Shown here: in pieces, positions 10,660-19,905 of the stretch | Layout: each line of letters opens with the position of its first letter | Position numbering within the stretch: the stretch's first letter is position 1 | Assembly (NCBI GenBank): GCA_963803705.1 | Contig: CAWDNU010000004.1 | Coordinates: 480,001-544,000, forward strand | Source: an uncultured Pseudobdellovibrionaceae bacterium | GTDB taxonomy: Bacteria > Bdellovibrionota > Bdellovibrionia > Bdellovibrionales > UBA1609 | Direction: 5' to 3' | DNA length: 64,000 bases | Program-made: the position numbers and the translations under genes | The notes under the pieces: model-generated | Seen by the model: the letters and a program-made list of their open reading frames with translations, nothing else | Told to the model about the DNA's origin: nothing | Database searches by the model: none

Positions 10660-12240
10660 TTACTTAACTACCGCTACATCTTTAAGGTTATAGCGACTCA
10701 TTACATTTTTGGGAAAATTATTTAATCTTGTCGAAACCAGCTGTTGTGTAACTCCGGAATAAATCGGAAAAGCAGCCGCTGCTTCAACTAGTAGCTTTTT
10801 TCCGGCCTTAGCATAGAACTCCCTTTTTTTATCTAAGATGTTAGTTCTAGCTGAACTTATCAAGGCTTGGTCAAAGCTTTTGTCTTTCCAGCCTGTGTGA
10901 TTGTTGTCAGACGTAGAGGTCATCAGCTCGTAAAAATTGTATGGGTCTGGATAATCGGCAACCCACCCCATCCTATACATGTGTGGGGGGTCGGACTGCA
11001 AAGTTCCTAAGTAGACCTTCCACTCTTCATTATTAATCTTCACAGTTAAACCTAGGTTTTTTTTCAGCTGCGCTTGAATATTTTCGGCTATACGCTTGTG
11101 GTCTTCATTTGTGTTGTAAGCAAGAGTAATACTTGGCGCAGGTTTTTTTATGCTAAAGCCAGCTTTTTCGTAAAAGCTTAGGGCTTGAGCTAAGTTGAAC
11201 TGAATTCCTGCGGCTTCATCAAAACCAAACATTCCTTTGGGAATCCAACCAGACAGGGGTGTCTGCCCACCTTGCAACATCCCGGTGATTTGTCTTCGAT
11301 CCACGGCAGAAATAATAGCTTTTCTTAGATATACATCATCCATTGGCGCTCTGTTGATATTAAATCCGAAATAGTAGGTCACCAAAGCAGGACCCTGCTG
11401 GTACTCTTTCATATCTTTCAACACACCTAATAACGAAGATGGAAGTGCCAACAAAGCGTCTACTTGGCCACCTTTAAACAGGTTTAAAGCAGTACCCTGT
11501 TCTTCAATAATATATGCGATTATGTTTTTAGTTTTTGTTTTTTTATCAAAATAGTTATCGTTTCTTTCAAAAACCAAAGCTCTATCGTGATCCCAAAGTT
11601 TTAATTTAAATGCCCCTAAGGTCACTATGTTTTCGGCCTCTGTCCAACGGTCACCGTGCTTGACTATAACGTCGTTTCTTATGGGGTAGGTAGAATGGTG
11701 AGTTAACAGATAAGGAAAGTTCGCTGGTTTATTTAATTCAACTTTTATTTTCTGACCTACAATCTTTACCCCAACCTTAGAAAAATCTTTTTCTGAACCA
11801 TTACTATAACTTTGCGCATTCTTAATTCCATATAAAAAGTATGCGTACACCGAAGCTGTATTGGGATTCAAAAGTCTTTCCCACCCATCTAAAACTTGCT
11901 GAGGTGTTAATTTTTTTCCATCTGTCCAGCTTATGTCGTCGCGCAGCTCAAATTCCCAGCTCATGGAATTGTTCGACGATGACCAACTTTTTGCTAAAGC
12001 TGGTTTTAAGTCTACTTCAGATTCACGAAAATCATAATTAACTAGTCCATCCATTATATTCTCAGTGATAAAAGCTGAGGTTGTATCAGATGACTTATTC
12101 CAATCTAAAGATGGGGGCTCAGTAGAAACAATTAACCTGATAGTATCCTGTAAATTTAAGCCATAGTCTGTGGATGTAGCCTTTTTAGTACAAGAAAGAC
12201 AGGTTAATAGCAGGGTTGTAGCAGCAAATAATTTAAGCAT
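10660..12240 (-). CDS. oppA: Oligopeptide ABC transporter substrate-binding lipoprotein
   Basis: Lipobox CLSC; EPPSLD; PALAKSW; GWVADYPDP. Confidence 0.92.
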   Translation of the reverse strand: MLKLFAATTLLLTCLSCTKKATSTDYGLNLQDTIRLIVSTEPPSLDWNKSSDTTSAFITENIMDGLVNYDFRESEVDLKPALAKSWSSSNNSMSWEFELRDDISWTDGKKLTPQQVLDGWERLLNPNTASVYAYFLYGIKNAQSYSNGSEKDFSKVGVKIVGQKIKVELNKPANFPYLLTHHSTYPIRNDVIVKHGDRWTEAENIVTLGAFKLKLWDHDRALVFERNDNYFDKKTKTKNIIAYIIEEQGTALNLFKGGQVDALLALPSSLLGVLKDMKEYQQGPALVTYYFGFNINRAPMDDVYLRKAIISAVDRRQITGMLQGGQTPLSGWIPKGMFGFDEAAGIQFNLAQALSFYEKAGFSIKKPAPSITLAYNTNEDHKRIAENIQAQLKKNLGLTVKINNEEWKVYLGTLQSDPPHMYRMGWVADYPDPYNFYELMTSTSDNNHTGWKDKSFDQALISSARTNILDKKREFYAKAGKKLLVEAAAAFPIYSGVTQQLVSTRLNNFPKNVMSRYNLKDVAVVK

Positions 12241-12383
12241 CCGAGTCTCCTGATTAGAAGTAGGAAGTTAACAGTTTACCTGAAGCTCTGGGGATATTCA
12301 GTGCGTTAAATAGCGTTATGATTTTCGAGCTTAGTTAGGTAGGCTCGAAAAAAAAAAAATGTTTTTTAACTGTCAAAATTGGC

Positions 12384-13217
12384 TCAAAGTTCTTCAGCCG
12401 CTTTCCGCTCGTCACTACTAGTGGGTTTCTTTTTTTTGTTGCTTGATTTCTTATTCTTTAGAGATTTGATATTATTTTCAACCTCTTCAACTCCTGTAAA
12501 GTTTTCGATTAGATCTTCAGCGGTGTAGCTCATCCATTTATCATCGACAGTTCCGCTTAAAGTGACCTTACCATTTTTAACTGAAACAGAAATTTCAGCT
12601 GCATTGATATCGTGGTGATCACTTAGGCATTCGTTGATGTCATCGCTAATTCGCTCGTCAGACCTTCTATAGTTTTTTGGTCCTATACCTTTGTACGATT
12701 TTCTTTTTTTATGAATTGCAGATTCGTCTTCGAACACCGAGTCGAACTGATGCTTGGGATGCAAGTTCCCGTCAAATTCGTGTCTTGGATGGCTATTAAG
12801 GCCTTGGTAATCTGGATTTGATCCGCCTTTTCCCGAATTTTCTAAAGTTTCATAGTTGGGTTTGCGTGTGTTGCCCCAACTAGTACTTTTGTGAGACCCA
12901 GAACCTTCAGAGTGCTGTTTGCTGGGATAATTTTTTTCTGAATGGTCAGACGCTGAACGTTTGTTCCGACTGCTGGCTTTTCTACCGCTGTCGTAATCAC
13001 TATCATCGTGATTGTTGTAGCTGTCCCATGGTGAATGTGAACCATCGCCCTGGCTATGATCATTTATGAACTCTTCATATGAGCCGTCAGATTCAGAGTA
13101 TCGTGGGGACTTATAATCCTCATGTTTAGGTCTGGCCTGCTTACTGTTTTGCTGGCCGCGATTAGTGCTGTTGGCCGATCTACTGCCAGTTCTGTTACTG
13201 TTGTTTTGGTCTCTCAT
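12384..13217 (-). CDS. BON domain protein with a disordered N-terminus (OsmY-like stress protein)
   Basis: GIGPKNYRRSDERISDDI...VKNGKVTLSGTV...GVEEVENNI. Confidence 0.85.
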   Translation of the reverse strand: MRDQNNSNRTGSRSANSTNRGQQNSKQARPKHEDYKSPRYSESDGSYEEFINDHSQGDGSHSPWDSYNNHDDSDYDSGRKASSRNKRSASDHSEKNYPSKQHSEGSGSHKSTSWGNTRKPNYETLENSGKGGSNPDYQGLNSHPRHEFDGNLHPKHQFDSVFEDESAIHKKRKSYKGIGPKNYRRSDERISDDINECLSDHHDINAAEISVSVKNGKVTLSGTVDDKWMSYTAEDLIENFTGVEEVENNIKSLKNKKSSNKKKKPTSSDERKAAEEL

Positions 13218-13659
13218 ATTAAACCCCTTTTAAAATTGAGATTAAGTAATTACACTATCTGCCCAAATCGATAACTTTAATAAGTTTGACTTCGTCATCG
13301 ATTGTTGTCGTCGATTTTCGTCGTCGATAGATAGCAGCGGATATTTATAATATATATCTTTGCATAGATTTTGTATTTTTAGTTCTGTGTACTAACTATC
13401 TAGATTTCTACAAACTAAGTTCTCTGAAGCAAGCAAGCGGTCGAACGCCTTTAAATCAACTAATTTTTGAATTGGTTGCAATATTTTACGAAGGCATTCC
13501 TATTATTTGATGAGGCTATACAACTCAAGAGTTCCACTGTTATGTAAGATGTGAAACCTTGAAGCAAGTCTCAAAACACCTTAGTTTTTCAGAGTCACTT
13601 GCAAATACTCTTACAGTCGAAACCCTTAAGTCTAAAAAAAGGACTTTGAGAATCTACTT

Positions 13660-13692
13660 AAAAGCACATCAGACCTGTGATGATGTGCTTTT
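13660..13692. terminator. Bidirectional intrinsic terminator
   Basis: AAAAGCACATCA-loop-TGATGTGCTTTT. Confidence 0.7.
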
Positions 13693-13701
13693 CTAGCAAG
13701 T

Positions 13702-13826
13702 GGGCCTGTTGAAAAAGCATCATCTTCGTTGTTGCCTTCGCTTAAATCTCATTCGACGTAGATAAATTACGACTCATTCGATTTTAAGCTTGGACGCCTA
13801 GAATCTAATACTTTTTCAACAGGCCC
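13702..13826. mobile_element. 125-bp MITE with 16-bp terminal inverted repeats and a 4-bp target duplication
   Basis: GGGCCTGTTGAAAAAG (13702-13717) and CTTTTTCAACAGGCCC (13811-13826); AAGT on both flanks (13698-13701, 13827-13830); no ORF inside. Confidence 0.8.
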
Positions 13827-13849
13827 AAGTGTTTTAAGGCAATCTGTTT

Positions 13850-14317
13850 TCATTCTTTATTGAACTCTCCAATTAAATCTTCTGCCTTTAAGCAGTTTCC
13901 TGCAACTCTATTGTTAACTTCTTCGGTAGACTGAGCAGAAATTAGAATTTTGTTGCTTGAAATTGACAGTAAAACAACCGTATTAAAACACATTGGGTAA
14001 GTACCATATATAGTCGCAAGATAACCTGTGACACCATCAGCTGTAGTTTTATTTTCGCTATTTAGCAGTAAACTAGCTTGTAGGCTGTAATGATATTCAG
14101 AGCTGGCTCTGTTTTCTTTAAAAACTATTAAGCCATTAAGTTCGAGATCGCTATCTGCTTCTTTATAAACCCTGCGAATTCTTCTTTCTCCATCAGCTGT
14201 TACGAATTCTGCTACGTCATCAACTTGCAAGCCATTTTTTAATTGAGCACCAATATTAACATCTGCAAAAGCATTAAAATTTATAGCTAATAGAGCTATA
14301 ATTATCCCTTTGTTCAT
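13850..14317 (-). CDS. Secreted hypothetical protein
   Basis: Signal peptide (AFA|D); RBS AGAGG; two Cys. Confidence 0.75.
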   Translation of the reverse strand: MNKGIIIALLAINFNAFADVNIGAQLKNGLQVDDVAEFVTADGERRIRRVYKEADSDLELNGLIVFKENRASSEYHYSLQASLLLNSENKTTADGVTGYLATIYGTYPMCFNTVVLLSISSNKILISAQSTEEVNNRVAGNCLKAEDLIGEFNKE

Positions 14318-14352
14318 CTGTAAACCTCTTTTTTAAACAATTTATATATATC

Positions 14353-14416
14353 TAAGCAAAATTTATGCTCAAAAAACCAAATGATAAGAATGAAATTATT
14401 AATATTAGAGCACATT
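14353..14416 (-). promoter_or_regulatory. Conserved upstream motif, copy 1 (TGAGCATA-N3-TTTGCTTA plus AATGTGCTCT box)
   Basis: Near-identical to 16656-16718 and at the same distance from the start codon. Confidence 0.55.
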
Positions 14417-14767
14417 AAAACTGTCTAAATGGGTGCGAAAATTGTCACTGCAAAACTACTATTTGTTTAATCTTCACCGGATCCTGCCAACCCCCGCACA
14501 ACGTACACAACTTATGCGTGAAGATGGTCAAGGTTTTGGAGGGATTGGAGTAAGGATTGTTAGTTGAGTTATGGTGGTTATAGGGATGGAAATTTAAGGG
14601 TTTTTAAGTTTAATGAGGGATTTAAAGGAAATGGTTCAGCTATAAATAAAGTTTGTTATGATAATGTTTGATTTTAATTAAACAGTGAGTCAGCTGCCTA
14701 GTTGTTGTTGTTGGATATATGAATATATAATTTTCAAAACAAAAAGAACAAAAAGAGAGTGGGAAAA

Positions 14768-15274
14768 ATGAAAAAATACATATTTGCTTTAATCTATTTA
14801 AGTACTGTTTTGGGTTGCTCTTCTGATAACAACAAGAATAGCGATCAAATTATTAATGGGTTTTTATCTCAAAGCGCGAGAACAGGTCAGGTTGTTGATT
14901 TTTCGGGTACGTGGAGAGGCAGTTGTTCTATTAAATTCCCCGACGTTGAGTCAGATGTGAGAGGAAGTGTAATGATTGTTAACTCCGAACAAGATATTTC
15001 AATTTTAAATATCTCGGTAGAGCTCGGGGGCGATACAATTGAATTTTTTAATAATGATCATTTAATTACAATTAGTGAAAACGCTATTATTACACATCAG
15101 GGGATCGAGGTAGGCACAATTGGTTCGGACGGCATTACTGTTTTTGTTAAAGAGGACAAAACTTACGTGGGCTTTAATTTTGAACAAATTAGCTTAAATA
15201 ACAGTGGTTTTTCTCTTGTTTTTTATGACGGTAAAGATACTTATGAGATGAACTGTGCATCTCTTGTAAGATAG
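14768..15274 (+). CDS. Hypothetical lipoprotein
   Basis: MKKY...VLGC lipobox; beta-rich; start placed at the ATG at 14768. Confidence 0.7.
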   Translation: MKKYIFALIYLSTVLGCSSDNNKNSDQIINGFLSQSARTGQVVDFSGTWRGSCSIKFPDVESDVRGSVMIVNSEQDISILNISVELGGDTIEFFNNDHLITISENAIITHQGIEVGTIGSDGITVFVKEDKTYVGFNFEQISLNNSGFSLVFYDGKDTYEMNCASLVR

Positions 15275-15286
15275 ACGGGGAATATC

Positions 15287-15862
15287 ATGAAAAAGTATAT
15301 TAGTGTTTTATTTATCTTTAGTTTAAGTCTTACAGCAAACGCTCAAACTGAATTTAACGAAACCATACGATCTAAGTGGGGTTTTAACTTAGGCTTTGGT
15401 ATTTCTTCAAGTTCTACATCTATATCATCGTTTAGAGTTACTACCCCTGGTTATATTAAATTTAAAGAAGGGGGTTGGGTTCGAATTTACGCTGATTTTG
15501 TTGGACAAACTCTAAACTCCCTAGGTAGTAGTTCTGAAGAGACATTCAGTGATTACAGTGTTGGTGTTCAGGTCGATTCACCAATAATGAGTGAGCTTTT
15601 CAGTTTTTATTCAAAGCTTGGCGTTGGTGCTTCAAATCTTCCAGATAATTTTTACGATGGAAGCGTTGTTATCCTACCAATTTCGTTTGGAGTTAATTTT
15701 TACTCTAAAACATATGAAACTCGTCAATGGTTTGATCCAGTTTTTGGAATAGAATATCGAAAACCATTTGATATCAACTATGATTCAGATAAGGAAGTTG
15801 TTAGCAATACAGATTCACTATTCGGTGGAGAAATCTATTTTAACGTAGGCCTGATCTTTTAA
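15287..15862 (+). CDS. Small outer-membrane beta-barrel protein
   Basis: Signal peptide (ANA|Q); amphipathic strands; C-terminal YFNVGLIF. Confidence 0.7.
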   Translation: MKKYISVLFIFSLSLTANAQTEFNETIRSKWGFNLGFGISSSSTSISSFRVTTPGYIKFKEGGWVRIYADFVGQTLNSLGSSSEETFSDYSVGVQVDSPIMSELFSFYSKLGVGASNLPDNFYDGSVVILPISFGVNFYSKTYETRQWFDPVFGIEYRKPFDINYDSDKEVVSNTDSLFGGEIYFNVGLIF

Positions 15863-16275
15863 ATTTTTGAAGAGCTAAATTTTCACGCCAAAATTGTCAT
15901 TGTATGTATGCCACTCTGTGGATGATTGTTTGCCCTATTGTTCAAGAACAGTAGATGTTAAATATTCTTTAACTCTTTTGATTTCGTTTTAAGTCTTAGA
16001 CGTTATGACCAAATAAAACAAAGCCCTTCTTCGCAGAAAAGGAGAGTGTAAGAAATTTTGTGTATGGGCGGATATCGCCACTTCTTGAATCAAATCCCTA
16101 TCAAGTTAAGAATATGAGCGCAATAATTTTTTAGCGTCATGGTAAAATTTCAAATATAGATCAACTCAGTTTCTAGAGCCTAGGATAAATTTGTGCCTTC
16201 TAGCTGATACTAAAAGGCACAATAGAACGTTGAAAGATCAGACCGAAACCAAGGGTTCTAGGTATAAATTAAATT

Positions 16276-16298
16276 GAGCCTTACCTTTAGTAAGGCTC
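16276..16298. terminator. Hairpin downstream of the 16313-16621 gene
   Basis: GAGCCTTAC-cttta-GTAAGGCTC. Confidence 0.55.
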
Positions 16299-16312
16299 TT
16301 AAAGAATAAATT

Positions 16313-16621
16313 TTAAAAGGGCAGAGGTCTGTTAATTAACCTATAACCTACAGTAAGGCCATTTTTGTCATATGCGGATTCTTGATATGTCATAGTTTCA
16401 ATATGTTGTTCTTCATTATCTTTTCTGCAAACGACTATAAATGAATATTCACCATCAGCGTATCCTGGCTGACCTGGTCCCGGCTGACCAGCGTCTATAC
16501 AGCTATCATACTCTCTTAACAGTTGAACCATCAACTCGGCCTTAGTTCCAGAAAATGTAACGGGGCCAGCGTATACTAAATTACTTAATAAAAAGACTGC
16601 CAACACTGATAGTTTCTTCAT
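16313..16621 (-). CDS. Small secreted hypothetical protein
   Basis: Signal peptide (VYA|G); RBS AAGGAG; two Cys. Confidence 0.75.
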   Translation of the reverse strand: MKKLSVLAVFLLSNLVYAGPVTFSGTKAELMVQLLREYDSCIDAGQPGPGQPGYADGEYSFIVVCRKDNEEQHIETMTYQESAYDKNGLTVGYRLINRPLPF

Positions 16622-16655
16622 TTTTAATTCTCCTTTTTAAAATGTTCAACTTTCA

Positions 16656-16718
16656 TAAGCAAATAATATGCTCACTTAAGTAATCCTTGAAATGAATTTA
16701 AGGGCACAAGAGCACATT
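16656..16718 (-). promoter_or_regulatory. Conserved upstream motif, copy 2
   Basis: Shares 16 of 19 bases with 14353-14371, plus an identical AGAGCACATT box. Confidence 0.55.
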
Positions 16719-16969
16719 CAACTCGATTGCAGAAAGCCGTAAAATATCTTTTATCACCGTGGTGTAAAAGATCCTGACAGTCCGGGGCCGCAAATACAGA
16801 TTTTAGGTTTTCTGACCAGTCAGAATTAAAACCTTTGTATTTTTGAGTTGAGACTTCAAAGTTTCATATCTTTGATTTGAACTTCGATGTGGAGTTTCAT
16901 TTTTGAGATTGGTTGAGTGTGCACGGTTCTTGAATATTAGTTAGGGGCTACTGAATGGAGGGCACAATA

Positions 16970-17332
16970 ATGAAAGTGATATATGTTACAATTCTAATCA
17001 CTTTTATGATTTCTACGAGTGCTCTTGCTGAATCTTCGATTGTGGGCGATTGGTGTCATCAATACGATGATAGACGCTATTCGATTCTTGAAAATGGAGA
17101 ACTCATTCTGTCAGGCCACCTTCGAGGTATTTATACTGTTGATGAAGGTGTATGGTTCGCATCAGATGATAAGAATGGTAAATTAATATTTGATGGAGAC
17201 CCTGAACCGATTTGGTATAAGATTGTAGAACAATAACTTTATCTTTATGGCGCTCCAGATTTAGACATTGACTATCCAATTGAAGCTACCACTGGACCAA
17301 TTCTTCCTTGCAAAAGCTTTACCGGAGTCTAA
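16970..17332 (+). pseudogene. Secreted protein, probably interrupted by a premature TAA at 17234-17236
   Basis: RBS GGAGG and signal peptide; the frame stays open for 31 codons after the stop (WYKIVEQ*LYLYGAP...LPCKSFTGV*). Confidence 0.45.
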
Positions 17333-17486
17333 AAACCATTTATTCAAACTCATTGGTTTCGATCAAAATGAAATCTAAGAAAGCCTGCTCTTAAAGTTGC
17401 AGCTTTCTTTTGAATTAAAGAACGCTCCTTTGTGAGTCCGTTTTTCATAAAAAATTAGAAATTAAGGATGTGGTCAATTTTCAATT

Positions 17487-19847
17487 TTATGGCTGCTTAT
17501 CCCACTGCTCTGTTAAAGACGGTTGTCCTGTTAATTGAAATTCTAGTGGGCTTTTGATCTCGGCAAAGGAAACCTGGTTATCGTATAATAAATCATATAT
17601 CCAATTAAACTTAAGCACTTTCTTTACATACTTTCGAGTCTCCATAAATAAAATGTGCTCGATGAATTCGTCTTGACGTAGATCCCCGAATTGGTTCACC
17701 CACCACTCTGCCCTATGAGGTCCAGCGTTGTAGGCTGCAATTGCAAGTATTTTGTCGCCTGAAAATGTTTTAAGAAGTCTATTTAAATACCTAACGCCCA
17801 AATTTATATTAGTGTCTGGTTCAAATAACTGCTCTGGTCGTAAAGTTTCTTCGTCGCCAAGTAAGATTGAAACTCTACTTGCGGTATGAGGCATAAGTTG
17901 CAGTAAACCTCTTGCCCCTACTCCAGACATAGCGGTCTTAGAATAAAAGCTTTCTGCACGCATTATAGAATACACTAAGTTTTGGGGAACTTTAAATTCG
18001 TCTGCAGAACTAGATACAAAGCTTTTATGAGGCCTTGGGTAGGTTTGAGCCCAAACTTCGAAAGGATCTTCACTACCTTTAACAACTTTGCTTTGCCTTT
18101 CTTTTTTAAAACTTAGAGTCATAATTCTAGAAGCTCTAGGTAGATCATCAATTTGCCTGTAAAGTTTTACCAGCTGCCTCTTTTGAACTTTCGATCTAGA
18201 TTTTTTCTCGAGCCCGTATAGTTCCCAACGAGCATCTTCATAAAAGCCTAATTTTATCAAAAATTTAAACCTTTTTAAATCGTTTTTGTATCTATCATGT
18301 TCAAAAACAGAACTTAGCTCATCTTCTTGCGCTTGGGTTAAATACGAGTCTGTCTCTGGGTTAAAGTTATCTCTTAAAACGTAATTTCTTGAATCCTCAG
18401 AGTCAGAAGAACTTGCGCCAGTTCTTATATTTCCCTGAAGCCAAGGCACACTTAGTGAAGACAGCAGTCTTTCATTTAGTTTAGATTTTTTTGCTTTAGG
18501 TAAAACCTCTTGAAGGTAAGCTGAGGATAAAAAAGAATAATAATTAAGGCGCTCGCCTGCAATTACCGTTAAAAACATTTCTGCTGCTTTTTCTTGATTT
18601 CCTTGACCCCGATAAGATTGGGCCATCCAGTATCCAATTCTCTCTTTAGAGTAGTGGTCTCTGCTTCGAAGAAACTTTTTTCTTTTAGCGTAGCTGTAAA
18701 TTTCTTCAAAATGGGTCAGCGCTAAGTCGTATTCTTTTTGTAGATAAGCAGTCCAACCTAAATACCACATAACATCCCCTTGATAAGGGTGTCTTGCAAA
18801 AGTTTTTTGGACCAACATCATAGTATCATAAGAAGCTTTGTACTGTCCTAATTCGTAAAGTAAAAAACCTTTTCTAAATACTAATCCCGCTTTAATCCTT
18901 AAATTTTTTTCTAGTGAAATAATTTTATCATAAGATGAAAGCGCCTGATCATGATTTAGCGACCTAGAAGCAACCTTTATGTAAAGTTGAAGAAACTTTC
19001 TGTTGTTAGACTGCACTTTAAAATCTCTACTAAGCTCTTCAAAAGCTTTTACGGGATTTCCCGCTCTTAGCTCGTAATTTGAAAGAAGTTCTAGATAGTC
19101 CATGCGTGGTAAAGAAGTTTTTGCAATTGCAAGAGCTTCTTCTACAGCTTTGTAATCACCAAGAGCAATAAGTTGAGAAATGTGCCTGTACTTAGAGATA
19201 AAGTTTAGTCGGCAGTTGATAGCTTTCTTATCATGGACCCAAGTAGAGTCATCTAAAGTCCAATTATTTGCAGACCGAAAGTTCGGATAGCTTTCAAAAA
19301 TAGATTTGAACCAAAAACACTGCGACTTAGAATTTTGCTTGGTGTCGATAAGAAATAAGCTCCACAAAATTTCTGGGTAATATTCGGTTCGTTTAAACTT
19401 TTTTCTTGAGACTAAAAATAGCTGTCTCGATTGGGGCCACTTGGCTTTAATAAACATGATCTTAGCCATTTCTAACTGTATATTTCTTTGCAAGTTATAC
19501 TGAGGTCGAAACTTCAACGCTTCTTCAAACGCAGCGTAGGCGGCATTATAGTTTTTAAGCTCCACTGCCACTTTACCCAGGTAATAATAAGTGTAAGGAG
19601 CTAGTTCAACTTGAGCTAAGCTTGCAACTAAGTAAGCCTTGGCCTGTGCGAATTCCCTTCGCTCAAAAGACATCACGCCATGGCTAAAATTTGTAAGGTC
19701 ATTATTTTGATCTTGATCATTGCTATTTGCTTCAATTCTTGTGTGTAATTCTGGAACAGCTTTTAACAGTAAAGGAGTCGAAGCGTTAAAGGCGTAGGCA
19801 AATAAGGTGTTAAAAAAAAATGCTAAAAATAACAAAATTATTTTCAC
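17487..19847 (-). CDS. slt: TPR-containing soluble lytic transglycosylase (Slt70-like)
   Basis: IMRAES; GARGLLQLMP; AAYNAGP; ETRKYVKKV; N-terminal TPRs. Confidence 0.88.
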   Translation of the reverse strand: MKIILLFLAFFFNTLFAYAFNASTPLLLKAVPELHTRIEANSNDQDQNNDLTNFSHGVMSFERREFAQAKAYLVASLAQVELAPYTYYYLGKVAVELKNYNAAYAAFEEALKFRPQYNLQRNIQLEMAKIMFIKAKWPQSRQLFLVSRKKFKRTEYYPEILWSLFLIDTKQNSKSQCFWFKSIFESYPNFRSANNWTLDDSTWVHDKKAINCRLNFISKYRHISQLIALGDYKAVEEALAIAKTSLPRMDYLELLSNYELRAGNPVKAFEELSRDFKVQSNNRKFLQLYIKVASRSLNHDQALSSYDKIISLEKNLRIKAGLVFRKGFLLYELGQYKASYDTMMLVQKTFARHPYQGDVMWYLGWTAYLQKEYDLALTHFEEIYSYAKRKKFLRSRDHYSKERIGYWMAQSYRGQGNQEKAAEMFLTVIAGERLNYYSFLSSAYLQEVLPKAKKSKLNERLLSSLSVPWLQGNIRTGASSSDSEDSRNYVLRDNFNPETDSYLTQAQEDELSSVFEHDRYKNDLKRFKFLIKLGFYEDARWELYGLEKKSRSKVQKRQLVKLYRQIDDLPRASRIMTLSFKKERQSKVVKGSEDPFEVWAQTYPRPHKSFVSSSADEFKVPQNLVYSIMRAESFYSKTAMSGVGARGLLQLMPHTASRVSILLGDEETLRPEQLFEPDTNINLGVRYLNRLLKTFSGDKILAIAAYNAGPHRAEWWVNQFGDLRQDEFIEHILFMETRKYVKKVLKFNWIYDLLYDNQVSFAEIKSPLEFQLTGQPSLTEQWDKQP

Positions 19848-19905
19848 AGATAACCTTATTTAAAAAAGCGTTAAACTCTTTACCTTTACTAAAAATTGAA
19901 AAAGG

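Noticed and set aside
12322..12359. Intrinsic terminator
   Set aside because: A hairpin is present, but the T-run precedes and the A-run follows it on both strands, so there is no U-tract
13700..17400. Integron cassette array
   Set aside because: No attC-like RYYYAAC...GTTRRRY sites recognised, gene orientations are mixed, and there is no integrase
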